Source: an uncultured delta proteobacterium (GTDB lineage Bacteria; Myxococcota_A; Polyangia; Polyangiales; Polyangiaceae). Taken from it: 64,000 nucleotides of DNA. Below, in pieces: positions 41,837 through 52,438 of the stretch. Numbering within the stretch: the stretch's first letter is position 1; every line of letters starts with the position of its first letter. The stretch spans positions 288,001-352,000 of the forward strand of contig CAWKKR010000004.1 in assembly GCA_963850305.1 (NCBI GenBank), read 5' to 3'. A model generated the notes under the pieces. The model was not told the DNA's origin, searched no databases, and saw only the letters and a program-made list of their open reading frames with translations. Position numbers and translations under genes: made by a program.

Positions 41837-42010
41837 TCTATCCTCTTCTAGCGTCCTATCTTCGCGCTTGGCGCGCGGCGATTCGCCGCGAGTCGCGCGG
41901 AAGATAGCGCGGACCCGGATGGGGACGCAAACGTTCGGATCGGGCGGCGGCGCTCGAGACCCGGCTCGGGTCCGAACCCTAGTTCTCTGCCGTGGTAAGT
42001 TTGGCTTCCG

Positions 42011-42946
42011 ATGGGCGCGGAATCGGTCGAAGGGCGGGTCGTCGCCGTGACGGGCGGCGCAGGTTTCATCGGGCGGCGGCTCGTCGAACACCTGGGTGCG
42101 CTCGGGGCGTCCCGCATCGTCGTGCTCGATCGGGACGAGTCTTCGCCGGGCTCGGATGCGCCAACGCCCGTCGTCCGTCGGACGATCACGCTCGGGGACG
42201 ACGTGGACCTACGGAGCGCCCTCGACGGGGTGGAGCTCTTGTTCCACCTCGCGGCCGAGAAGCACGCCGCGGCGCGCGCTCGACCACGCGACATCTTGCG
42301 CACCAACGTGCTCGGCACCGAGCGCCTCTTCGAGGCCGCCGCGCTCGCGGGCGTTCGCAAGATCGTGTTCGCGTCGTCACTGTACGCTTACGGCCGTGAT
42401 CGCGGCGGACCGCTCGCAGAAGCCGAGACGCCGGTGCCGGATACCGTTTACGGCATTTCCAAGCTCGCGGGCGAACACCTCGGCGCACGGCTCGCGCGGC
42501 GCGGAGGGCCGAGCTTCGTCGCGCTCCGGTATTTCTTCGCGTACGGGCCGGAGCAGGATCGCGGGCGTCCCTCGTTCATCGGGCAGACGCTGGAACGTCT
42601 TGCTCGCGGAGAGGCGCCCGTGATTCGAGGCGACGGCTCGCAGATCCTCGACTACGTGTACGTGGACGACATCGTGGAGGCGACGGCGCGAGCAATGGCC
42701 GTACCCGTGAGCAACGAGGTGGTCAACGTCGGTTCAGGCATGGCGATCACGGTTCGTGACTGGGTCGAGCGGATGCAGCGGGTTGCCGGCACGTCGCTCG
42801 GTCCGCGCTTCGAGCCCGCGGATGACACGCACGGCACCCGGCGAGTGGCCGCCATCGACAAGATGGAGCGGCTCCTCGGCCGCCCCAAGGTCTGCACCGA
42901 TGAAGGACTCCAGCGAACCTTCCGCGTGTGGCGCGCCGCGCCGTGA
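42011..42946 (+). CDS. NAD-dependent epimerase/dehydratase (extended SDR)
   Basis: TGGAGFIG, YGISK, GDGSQILDYVYVDD. Confidence 0.9.
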   Translation: MGAESVEGRVVAVTGGAGFIGRRLVEHLGALGASRIVVLDRDESSPGSDAPTPVVRRTITLGDDVDLRSALDGVELLFHLAAEKHAAARARPRDILRTNVLGTERLFEAAALAGVRKIVFASSLYAYGRDRGGPLAEAETPVPDTVYGISKLAGEHLGARLARRGGPSFVALRYFFAYGPEQDRGRPSFIGQTLERLARGEAPVIRGDGSQILDYVYVDDIVEATARAMAVPVSNEVVNVGSGMAITVRDWVERMQRVAGTSLGPRFEPADDTHGTRRVAAIDKMERLLGRPKVCTDEGLQRTFRVWRAAP

Positions 42947-43002
42947 TCACGCCTTGGTCCCGCCGATTCTCGGCCCCGAGCTCCGCGAGTACCGGGGGGA
43001 AC

Positions 43003-43596
43003 TCAGCCCCCGACGACACGCGCGACGTTCTGGCCCCAGGCCTCCATGGTGTCGTCGCGCGACCAGCCGACCACCACTTTCGCGACCGAGACGAGTCGCA
43101 CGGCTTCCCCGCGAGACAGGCCGCGCCCGCTGCGTTCGGTGCTCTGAACCAGCGTGTCGATGAGCCCGTGAATCGTGTTCACGAGAGGCGCGCGATCCCT
43201 CAGCTCGGCGGCCCGCGCCGCGAGTTCCTCGATGAGCTCGAGAATGTTGCGCTGAGCCTTCGCGGCCGGATCTTCGGCGGGCTCGCCGTGCTCGGTCGCG
43301 GCCTGGTCACGGCTGACGCGACGGAGGACTTCCAGCTCTTCGCCCGCCACCTCAATCACGTCACCCGGCTCCAGCCGCTTCTTCCCGTCGAGGACTCGAC
43401 GGTTCACTCGCGTGCCGTTGCGCGTGGAGAGCGCCTCGATCTCGAGCGTGTCCCCCACGAGCCGCACCACGGCATGCTCGCGGGACACCTGTTCGGCGCT
43501 GAGGACGATGAACGAATGCGGCGCGCGCCCGATCACGCAATCGCCGCGGTGAACCGGATAGGCCGTGCCGCGGTGACGCAACCAGTAGACGACCAT
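43003..43596 (-). CDS. FHA domain protein
   Basis: IGR, VSREHA, STRNGTRVN, LEPGDVI. Confidence 0.88.
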   Translation of the reverse strand: MVVYWLRHRGTAYPVHRGDCVIGRAPHSFIVLSAEQVSREHAVVRLVGDTLEIEALSTRNGTRVNRRVLDGKKRLEPGDVIEVAGEELEVLRRVSRDQAATEHGEPAEDPAAKAQRNILELIEELAARAAELRDRAPLVNTIHGLIDTLVQSTERSGRGLSRGEAVRLVSVAKVVVGWSRDDTMEAWGQNVARVVGG

Positions 43597-43659
43597 GGGA
43601 TTCTCGAGGGTACGCCCCGCGCCGTCGGTCCGAAAAGAGGGAGTGCGCGGTTTTCCGGC

Positions 43660-44076
43660 TCAAGCCGTGCCTTCGCGCGGCTCCTGGGCAAAGAGACGTA
43701 CCCGGCCGGTGGCGACCAGCCGTCCCCTTTCATCGACGATGGTTGCTTCCCAGAGCTGCGCGCGTTTACCGACGTGAACGGGCTTGCCGACCGCCCGGAG
43801 TCGCCCCTCCCGGACGGCCCTGACGAAGCTCGTGTGGTTTTCGACACCCACCACGGTCTGCCCGCTCCGGGCAGCGTGAAATGCGGCTCCAAGGGAACAC
43901 ACCGTTTCCACGACGCCCGTGTGCACGCCGCCGTGGACGATCCCGTACGGCTGGCAATGCCGCTCGTCCACCGTCCATTCGACGATCACCTCGTCCGCGT
44001 CGATTCTGACGAGCTCGAGGCCCATGGCCGAGCCCCAGCCGCCGAAAACGCCAGGGGATGAGTGAAGTTCCGCCAC
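43660..44076 (-). CDS. PaaI family hot-dog thioesterase
   Basis: QPYGIVHGGV...ET, VGVENHTSFVRA; start uncertain. Confidence 0.88.
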   Translation of the reverse strand: MAELHSSPGVFGGWGSAMGLELVRIDADEVIVEWTVDERHCQPYGIVHGGVHTGVVETVCSLGAAFHAARSGQTVVGVENHTSFVRAVREGRLRAVGKPVHVGKRAQLWEATIVDERGRLVATGRVRLFAQEPREGTA

Positions 44077-44241
44077 GCGCCGGAACCTAGCACCCCTCCT
44101 GGGCTCCGGGCGCGGTTCGTTCGCGAGACGCTGGCCAGAATTCGGCGAAACCGGAGGCCGGTGGATTGCCGGTAACCGAAAGCTTCCGAAACGCGGAGGC
44201 TCGATTGACGCGCTCGCGTTTTGGCGTCATCTGTCTCACTC

Positions 44242-45159
44242 ATGGATGAGCAAACCCGCCACCGAATCCGGACAGCGATCGAAAAAGACGACGTCGTTTT
44301 GTTCATGAAGGGTACCCCGGAAGCCCCCCGTTGTGGCTTCTCGGCAACGGTCATTCAGATCCTCGACGCCGTCGGCGCGAAGTACGCGGCGGTCGACGTG
44401 CTGGCGGATGGGGCCATTCGCGAGGGCATCAAAGAGTTCTCGGACTGGCCGACGATCCCGCAGCTCTACGTGAAACGAGAGTTCCTTGGGGGCTGCGACA
44501 TCGTAAAGGAGATGTACGGAACGGGCGAGCTCGCGGAGAAGCTCGGCGCGGAGGTTCCGGAGGTCGCGCCACCGACCATCACCGTAACGGAGCGAGCAGC
44601 CGCCGCGCTGAAGGCGGCGGTCGAATCGGAGAGCGAAGGCGTGAGGTTCGAGATCGACGGAAGGTTCAACTACGGACTTTCCATCGGTGCCCGCCAGGCG
44701 AACGACGTCGTGGTGGTCAGCGCGGGCGTGACGCTCCTCCTGAACCGCGCGACGGCGCAGCGGGCCTCGGGGACCACGATCGATTACGTCGAGACGCCGG
44801 AAGGCGCCGCGTTCAAGATCGAAAACCCGAACGAGCCCCCAAAGGTGCGACAAATCTCGCCGAAGGATCTCGCCGCACGCCTGAAGGCAGCGGAGGAGCT
44901 GGTGCTCTACGACGTGCGAAGCGTGGCGGAACGGGACATCGCGAGCATCGAGGGTGCGAAGGTCCTCGATCGAGCGGCGCAGGACGAGATCCTGAAGCTA
45001 CCGAGGGCCACTGCGCTCGTGTTTCACTGCCACCACGGGGGACGAAGCCAGCAAGCTGCTGATTTCTTCCTCTCCCAGGGGTTCACGAACGTCCACAACC
45101 TCTCGGGGGGCATCGATGCCTGGTCGGTGGAAGTGGACCCCTCCGTGCGTCGGTACTGA
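44242..45159 (+). CDS. grxD: Monothiol glutaredoxin (Grx4) fused to HesB/IscA-like and rhodanese domains
   Basis: FMKG.P..PRCGFS, SDWPTIPQLY, GGCDI; ITVTERAA...IDYVE...FKIENPN; DVR...CHHGGRS...GGIDAWS. Confidence 0.9.
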   Translation: MDEQTRHRIRTAIEKDDVVLFMKGTPEAPRCGFSATVIQILDAVGAKYAAVDVLADGAIREGIKEFSDWPTIPQLYVKREFLGGCDIVKEMYGTGELAEKLGAEVPEVAPPTITVTERAAAALKAAVESESEGVRFEIDGRFNYGLSIGARQANDVVVVSAGVTLLLNRATAQRASGTTIDYVETPEGAAFKIENPNEPPKVRQISPKDLAARLKAAEELVLYDVRSVAERDIASIEGAKVLDRAAQDEILKLPRATALVFHCHHGGRSQQAADFFLSQGFTNVHNLSGGIDAWSVEVDPSVRRY

Positions 45160-45231
45160 TTGCCCTGAATCGCCAGGGTCGACTCCGCGAGTCATTGCGT
45201 CTGGACCGTATGGCCACTAATCCTCCGCGAA

Positions 45232-45522
45232 ATGTCGGCAACAGCACCGAAGCCTTTCTCGCGACTCCTGATTGAGGTCGCCGTCGGTGCGACCCTGGGC
45301 TTCGTCCTTTCGACGCTCGAGGGGCCCGCGCTCATCAAGCTTCTGTACGAACCGCCGAGCAAGGACGCGTTTTCATGCGCCGGCACGGTGCAAACCGCCC
45401 TTTCTCAGTTCGTCAAGGTGCAACTCGGCTGCGCCGCGCTCGGGGGTATCGGACTCGCGCTGGTCCTCTTCTTCGGAAGAAGGTTCCTCAGAAAACGTCG
45501 CGAAGCGAAGAGCACGGCCTGA
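45232..45522 (+). CDS. Small two-TM membrane protein
   Basis: Two hydrophobic segments and a basic C-terminal tail. Confidence 0.65.
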   Translation: MSATAPKPFSRLLIEVAVGATLGFVLSTLEGPALIKLLYEPPSKDAFSCAGTVQTALSQFVKVQLGCAALGGIGLALVLFFGRRFLRKRREAKSTA

Positions 45523-45558
45523 GCCGAAGAGCGCGGGGAGAGGTTCGTCGTCCCGGCA

Positions 45559-46639
45559 TCACCCGCGCCCCTTGAGGAGCCGCACTACACGCGACGGACC
45601 TGCCGCGACTCCGCGATGGAGCACGATCCGACGGCCCGCAGCGAGGCCGTGCTCATGCGCGCGCGTGCCTCGACTCGACACGTGGCGCGTCCAGCGAATG
45701 TGCGGATGGCGGTCGCGAAAGTAGCGCGCGACGTCCGGATCGCCGACCCACACCAATCCCTCCTGCGTGTTCGCGCGAGCCTGCGCCTCGAGCTGAGCGC
45801 GAAACCCCGACGCCACGCCCGCGAGATAGGCCCGGCGATCGCGATTCCCCCTGATCTTGGCTTCCCTGCGGTGCTCTTCCCAGAGGCGTGCCGCAGTGTG
45901 AAGAAGAAATGAATGTACGTACTCGGCCATCTCGAGGTTCTCGAGGCGCCCGCAGAATCTCGAGCACGCTGCCGCGTTTACCCTCGGCGGCTCGCCACAC
46001 CGGCACCCAGATGGCGTCGACGAAAAAGTGCTCCGCGAGGATATTTGCCAGGACGCGCTCGGCCTCGGATACGCGTCCCGTCGGCCGCCCGAGGTGGCGG
46101 TAGCTGCACGCGTGCCCGGGGCCGCGGGTGAGCTCCTCCAGATTGTGCTTCAGCATCAAGCGCTGGGCCGCGTTCATCGCGGCCTGTGCCTCGTGCTCGT
46201 TCGGGCTCTCGGCCAAAGCCAGGAGCTTCGCGATCCGGTCGAGGACCGGCGCCCGGGCGAGCTCTTCCGTCGCTTCCGGACGTCCCGCCGCGCGCGCGTC
46301 GATGCCGCGTTCCTCGCACGTCTTCCGGAACGTCGGACCATGCGCCGGCTCGTCTGTCGCACCGAGCACTTCGTCCGTGAACTGATGCGCCATCTCGTGC
46401 TTCAGCACTTCCACCAGGACGCCCCATCCATGGCGAACGAGCAACACTCGCGAGAGCTCGAGCCGTCGCTCTTCACGGATCCAGCGACCGAGCCTCGCGG
46501 TCGCCGGTCCGAGCTCGAGCGTCGGGCGTCTCAGGCGTCCTTTGAAGAACGTCGCGTTGAGATCGCCGTAGGTCGCCCGGATCGCTCGCAGCGCGGCTGC
46601 CTCGAGCGCCACGGAGAGCGGCTCGGTCTCCTCGCTCAT
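45559..46639 (-). CDS. SprT-like (HExxH) / DUF2786 domain protein; +1 frameshift at 45955-45959
   Basis: LKHEMAHQ...HGPTF; RIAKLLALAESPNEHEAQAA. Removing one T from GATTC gives LEICGRLENLEMAEYVH, 359 aa. Confidence 0.82.
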
Positions 46640-47688
46640 GGCCCGTCGGTGTCGAAACCGGACATTGCGCCGACGGGCCCCGCAGCAGCGTCGGACCCGA
46701 CGTGCGGATGAGCGACCCCGCGCTCGATGAGGTCGGATACGGTGTCTCTCAGCGTCTCCGCGACGTCGCGCGGAGCGAAGCCCAGTTTGTCGATCGCCTT
46801 CGAGGCATCGCAGTACCAAAAATACTGCGCCATCTCGACGCTCGTGGGGTCCATGGGCAGCTCGCCGCCGATCTTCTGCACGACCTTGCCGAACAACCGC
46901 GTCGCATAGGTGGCGATTGCAGGGGACCGCGGAAGCATCATCTTCGGCGCCGGGACGCCGGAGATTCGCGACAGACGATCGAAAAATGCGGCCAGGGTGA
47001 GGTTGGCGGCGGAGAGGAGATACCGTTCACCCGCTTCACCGCGCTCCATCGCCAGGAGCATGGCGCTGGCCGCGTCGCGCACGTCGACCAGAGCGAGGCC
47101 GCCCCGCGGCGTCGCGAGGATCTCCCCATCGAGAAACATTCGAACGTCGGTGGTCGAAGAGCCGCGAAGATCCCCGGGGCCGAGCAATAACGACGGGTTC
47201 ACGACGACGACCTCGAAGTTCGGCGGATCGTTCACCTCGAGCGCCTCGAGCTCCGCGTAGTACTTGGTTCGATAGTACGGCCACCGCGAGAGAAGTTCGT
47301 GCGGGGGTGGCGTCGCTTCCGTCGCGATGTCGGACGCGCGGCTGCTGATGGCGATGGTGCCGCTCGTGCTCACGTACACGACGCGACGTACACCGGCCTT
47401 CTTCAGCCCGGCGAGGGCCGACCGCGTTCCGAGCACGTTCATGTGCCGGAGCTCATCCGCGTCTGCGGGATCGCGGGATACCTTCCCCGTCGCCAGGAAC
47501 GCGTGTGACAGGCCGCGTGCGCTTTCGGCGACGCGCTCTGCGTCGAGAACATCGACCCTCAGCACCGGGATCTTCGCTGCGACACCGCCACCGCGCGACA
47601 CGCCCACGACCTCGTGGCCTCGACGGACCAGGTACTCGGCGAGGTGCGAACCGAGAAAACCCGTGGCGCCGCCGACCCAGTATCGCAC
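46636..47688 (-). CDS. elbE: NAD-dependent epimerase/dehydratase, ElbE-like
   Basis: GATGFLG, STSG, YYRTK, NPSLLLGPGD; directly downstream of the elbD-like gene. Confidence 0.75.
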   Translation of the reverse strand: MRYWVGGATGFLGSHLAEYLVRRGHEVVGVSRGGGVAAKIPVLRVDVLDAERVAESARGLSHAFLATGKVSRDPADADELRHMNVLGTRSALAGLKKAGVRRVVYVSTSGTIAISSRASDIATEATPPPHELLSRWPYYRTKYYAELEALEVNDPPNFEVVVVNPSLLLGPGDLRGSSTTDVRMFLDGEILATPRGGLALVDVRDAASAMLLAMERGEAGERYLLSAANLTLAAFFDRLSRISGVPAPKMMLPRSPAIATYATRLFGKVVQKIGGELPMDPTSVEMAQYFWYCDASKAIDKLGFAPRDVAETLRDTVSDLIERGVAHPHVGSDAAAGPVGAMSGFDTDGP

Positions 47689-47691
47689 GGC

Positions 47692-50600
47692 TCACCGCTC
47701 CTCGGTCGAAAGCTGGAACACCTTCTGAAAGGTCAGAAGGAGAGCGATGTTGTTGCTCTTCACCGTCCCGGCAATGAACTCTCCCGGAGTCGGCGTGTAC
47801 GCTTCCTTCACGATGCGGGTGAACATGGCCGGCGAGGTCTTGAGCACGCAATCCGCCGAGTCTTTGCCCTTCCCGGGCGTCACCTGACAGGCGTCGCTGG
47901 TCACCTTGACGGTCCAGCGCTCGCGCTTTCCGAGCGCGAAGTAAAAGCTTATCGGATCCTTCACGCTGCCCGCGACGAACCGGTGCTCGAGCTCGCGGAA
48001 CAGATCCGTCATCGACTGCTCGTCGTCGGCGTCGAGGAGATCGGCGGGCTCCAGCGTGCGCGTGTCGAGGATGTCACCGCGCGATAGCGCCACCACCGCG
48101 CGGCGAACGAGCTTTGCGACGGCGCGCGATGCCTCGGACATGCCGAGGCCCTGCGTCAACCTCCGGAGCTCCGCGCCCTCGAGCGGCGGCCCGATCCGGA
48201 CCCTCAGCGCGCGGCTCTTCACGACCGTCGCACCCTTCGGCAAAGCCGCGTGCGTGCCGCCGAGCCACACGGGGAGCACGTCGATCCGATGCTGCAGCGC
48301 GAGGTGTCCGACGGCCGGTTTGAACTCGTGAACCGCGCCGTCCGGTGTCCGCGTGCCCTCGGGGAACATGAGCACGACCTGTCCTTCGTCGAGCAGCGAA
48401 CCCGCGAGCCGGAGGCTCTGCCGGAGCGAGCCCGTGCGAGAGATGGGTACCAGATTCGTCAGATTCTCGAAGTAGGCCTTTCGCCATTTGCCGCCTTCGA
48501 AGAAGTAATCCTGGGCTGCAAGCGAGATCATGCCCTGGCCGTACTCGCCGAGCGCGTACTTCACGAGGCCCATGTCGAGATGACTCGCGTGGTTCGCGGC
48601 GACCAGAACGTTTCGATTCTGCGGAATGAACGCGCCGCCTGTGACCGTCGTCCGCATCACGCTGCGGTAAAAGCCCATCTGCGCGCGACCGAGCCAGTGC
48701 ATGGCCGCCTCACGCAGCGGTGGGGACAGCTCGATGGGCGCCTCCTCGAGCGACTCGACCGTTGCGGTGGTACGGGAGAGGCGTCGCGCGGCGCCCGTGT
48801 CCCGGAGCAGCGCCTCGACGTCTGCCACCGTCTCGGCCGCATTGAGACGGTCCGCGTCCACGGCGTCGTGAACCTGATTCTCGAGCGCGACGAGCAACTC
48901 GAGCAACATCAGCGAATCGAACCCCAGGTCTCCGCGAAGCGTCATGCCCGGCAGAATCTCGGCGGGCGTCTTGCGCCCGATGACGGCGATGGCGGACCGG
49001 ACCATCCGCGCCGCACCGCCCGGCCGCGCGTCCGTCGCGCTCTCCTTCGTGACCTCGTCTCGCGGCGCGGGGGTCATCACGCGCTCGACGAGCCGCCGTA
49101 CCTCCGGGCGTTTCACCTTGCGCGTCGCCGTGCGCGGCAAGGGGACGTCGATGAGAAGCGCGACCGCTGGGCGCATTCCGTTCGGCAAATCCGCCAGAGC
49201 CTTGTCGAGCGCGGCCTTCGCCTTCGCGTGGCGCTCGGCCCGTGTCAGGGCGTCGTCGGGGGTGGGCACCGCGACGCACGCGATGCGTTCGCCACCGCGT
49301 GGGTCCGAAACGCCCAGGACGACATATTCGGTGATGCGCTCGATCTGCGCGAGCCGCGCCTCGACGTCGTCGGGATAGACGTTCTCGCCGTTGGATGCGA
49401 CGATCGTATCCTTCGCTCGCCCGACGATTGCGAGGTTCCCCTTGCGGTCGAGCTTGCCGAGGTCGCCCGTGTGCAGCCACCCCTGCTCGTCGACGGTGCG
49501 CCGCGTTTCCTCCTCGTCATCCGCGTATCCGAGCATCACGTTCGGACCGCGAGCGAGGATCTCGCCGACGCCTTCCGCGTTCGGCTCATGAATCTTGAGC
49601 TCGACGCCCGGGATCGCACGGCCGACGCTGCCCGCCTTCGCGGACGGCCCAGCGGACGCGACGGCGAGCACGGGGGACGCCTCCGTGAGACCATAGCCTT
49701 CCGTCAAGTGCAGCCCGAGCCCAGCGAAGAGCCGGTGCGTGTCCGCCGGTAGCGCCGCGCCGCCGCTCACGAGATAGCGGAGATGTCCGCCGAGCCCCTG
49801 GTGCACGGGCCCGAACAGGAGCTTGCCCGCGTCAATGCCCATCGACTTGCCGATCGCACGGTTCAGCTCGATCGCCGCGTCGAACACCCTGGCGGCGAAG
49901 GCGCCTCGCTCCGCAACTCGCGCATAGAGCTTCCGCTCGAGCATTTCCCAGAGCGCGGGCACGCCGACCATCGCCGTGATACGACCCGCCTTCAGTCCGT
50001 GCTCCAGGCGCTCGCCCGTCAGCTCGTCGAGATAGACGACGCGGGCGCCGCGGGAGAGCGGCAAGAGCAGACCGCACGTCAGCTCGAACGTGTGGTGAAG
50101 CGGGAGCACGCTCAGCACGCGGTCGTGCTTCTTCAGCGGAAACAGCGGCGCGAGGGACGCGACGAGCGACGTCAGGTTGTAATGCGAGAGCATCACTCCC
50201 TTCGGCGTGCCCGTCGTACCGCTCGTGTAGATGAGCGCGGCGACATCGTTCGGATTCACTTCGACGGGCGCTGCTGCGGGACCCGCTTCCGCCGCAGCAT
50301 GGAGATCGATCCAGGCGAGTCGTTCGCCGACGGCTTCGCGGACGGCGCGAGCTACCGGCTCATCGCAGAGAAACGCCTTGGCCGACGAAGCGCGGGCGAC
50401 GTTGGCCGCGGGGGCCGGCTCGATCGCCGCATCGACGGGAACCGCCGTCGCGCCCGCGAGCTGGATGCCGAGAAACGCAATGGGCCACGCCGGATGGTTC
50501 GCCCCCGCGATCATCACGCGGTCGCCTTTCTGGATACCGGCGACACGCAGCCGCTCGGCACAGGCCCGAGATCGCTCCCGCCACTCGCGGAAGGAGATGC

Positions 50601-52438
50601 GGCTCATCCCGTCGGGTTCGGTGCGTTCGAGCGCCACGGCGAGGTCGAACCGCGCCGCCATTTCGTCGAGCAAGGATGCGAGGGTTTCGTGACGCTTCGG
50701 GGCCTTGACCTCGCGCCGGATCCGCTCGTCGATCTCGGGAAACACCCACTTCTCGAGCCCTGGCATGTGCACGTCGAACAACCACTCGCGCCAGTCGATG
50801 GTCTCCGGCACCCACGCGAGCTTCCTCTTGTCCGCCGCGTCGAGCCGCGCGAAGGCGGCTCGCGTGTTGTCCGTGCGAAACACGTAGTCGTAGCGAGCGA
50901 CGAAGGGGACGAAGTTGTCGAGCACCCCCTTTATCTTCAGCTGCGCGTCGGCGAACTGCCCGAGCATCTTCTGCGCGGGGCCGAGGATGGGCGCGGCCGG
51001 ACCCTTCGCTGCGGCGCCGAGTACGCGCGCGATGGAGGAAGCTCCCCGCGCGACGAAGCCCGGACCATAGTTCTCGAACATCTCTTCGCCGAGGATCGCG
51101 ACCTCGACGTGGGCCTGCAGAAAGCTCACGACGGGCCCGCCCTTCCCCGTGCGCTGCCACTTCTTCCTCTTGTAGAGCCCGACGAGCTCCGCAAACCTCG
51201 ACATACGAAACGGGTTCGTGTCGCTGGAGCCGTACTGGTACACGGCGGGCGCCGTGCCCTCGATGAGCTCGACGAGCGACAGGATCATCCCGGCCGCGAC
51301 CATGTCGCACGGGATCACGTCGAGGAAATGGTCGGAACCGGGGATCTGCGCCTGGCCGTTCACAGCCGAGTAGATGAGCGGCGCGCTCGTGTTGATGCCC
51401 TCGTTCCAGCCCTTCACCGGAAACGCGACGCTCGACTCCACCACAGCGGGCCTCACGATCGTGAACCTGAGGCCGGAGCCGGCCACGATCTGCTCGCCGA
51501 TGCTCTTCGTGTATGTGTACGTGTTCGGCCAGCCCCAGAACTGAGCGCGCTCCGTACCCATCTCGGCCAGCCGGGCCTCGACGTACTTACGCTTCACGCG
51601 CTCGATCTCGGCCTCGAGCACCGCGCCGGAGCACGGCTCGTCGCGCCGCGTGAGATTGCGCTTCGCCTCGTCCAGGAAGTGACTCTGCCGGAACGCGTCG
51701 CTGGCGCGGTGCCGTGCCTCTTCGATGATGTCGAGACACTCGCGATATCTCGCGATCGGGCTCCCAGTGGGCGCGCTCGAGCTCCCCGCTCCGGGGAAAT
51801 GGGTGCTCGCGCGGGTCGCGTTCCTCGATGAAGCCCTGGCGTTCTCCCGCGACGAAGCAGGTGCTCGTGTGGAGCAGCGGCGCGTCCCCGAGATCGCGCG
51901 CGAGCGCGACGAGGTTCTGGACGCCGAACGCATTCACCTCTAGCGCGACGTCGAGCGGTGGATCGAAATCGATCACGCCGGACGCATTGACGACCGCGTC
52001 CACTTCGCCCCGCAGCTCCTCGCGCAGCTCCGCGTCGAGGCCGCAGAGCGGTTGCGCGACGTCCCCGGGAACAGGGACGATCTTGTCCTTCAGGAACAGC
52101 TCGAAGCCGGGCCCGTACTCCTCGCGCAGAGGACGCAGGGCTTCGCTCGTCGCGATGTCCGCCCAGAATCGCTCGTCCGCGGTCTGCCCCTTCTTCGGCC
52201 TGACGAGCAGGTATATGCGACTCACCACCGGGTAGCGCGACAGCAAGAGCGCCCAGAAAACCTTACCGAGAAAGCCCGTTCCGCCGATGATGACGAGCTT
52301 TCTGCCCCGGAGCACCTGAGCCGGAAGGAGGGGCTTGCCTTGCGTCGTCACGCCGTGGCCGTTCGAACCATTGGAACCGTTCGAGGCGCCGTTCCCGTAC
52401 TGGGGTCGGCTTCCATTTTGCTGGTGCGGATCAGTCAC
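47692..52438 (-). CDS. elbD: Multidomain ether-lipid synthase ElbD-like (acyl reductase - adenylation - ACP - PlsC acyltransferase - SCP2-like); +1 frameshift near 51744-51749
   Basis: GGTGFLG...PNTYTYTK (FAR), YTSGTTGTPKG/GYGLTE/HTGDLG (A domain), LGFDSL (ACP), NHASHLD/FPEGTR (PlsC); 1,581 aa when repaired. Confidence 0.85.

Noticed and set aside
13337..51749. Programmed ribosomal frameshifting or mass pseudogenisation
   Set aside because: No slippery heptamers; all shifts are single +1 events in unrelated, otherwise undegraded genes, mostly at GATC.
47692..52438. NRPS/PKS secondary-metabolite cluster
   Set aside because: No condensation or ketosynthase domain; the architecture matches ElbD-type lipid synthases.
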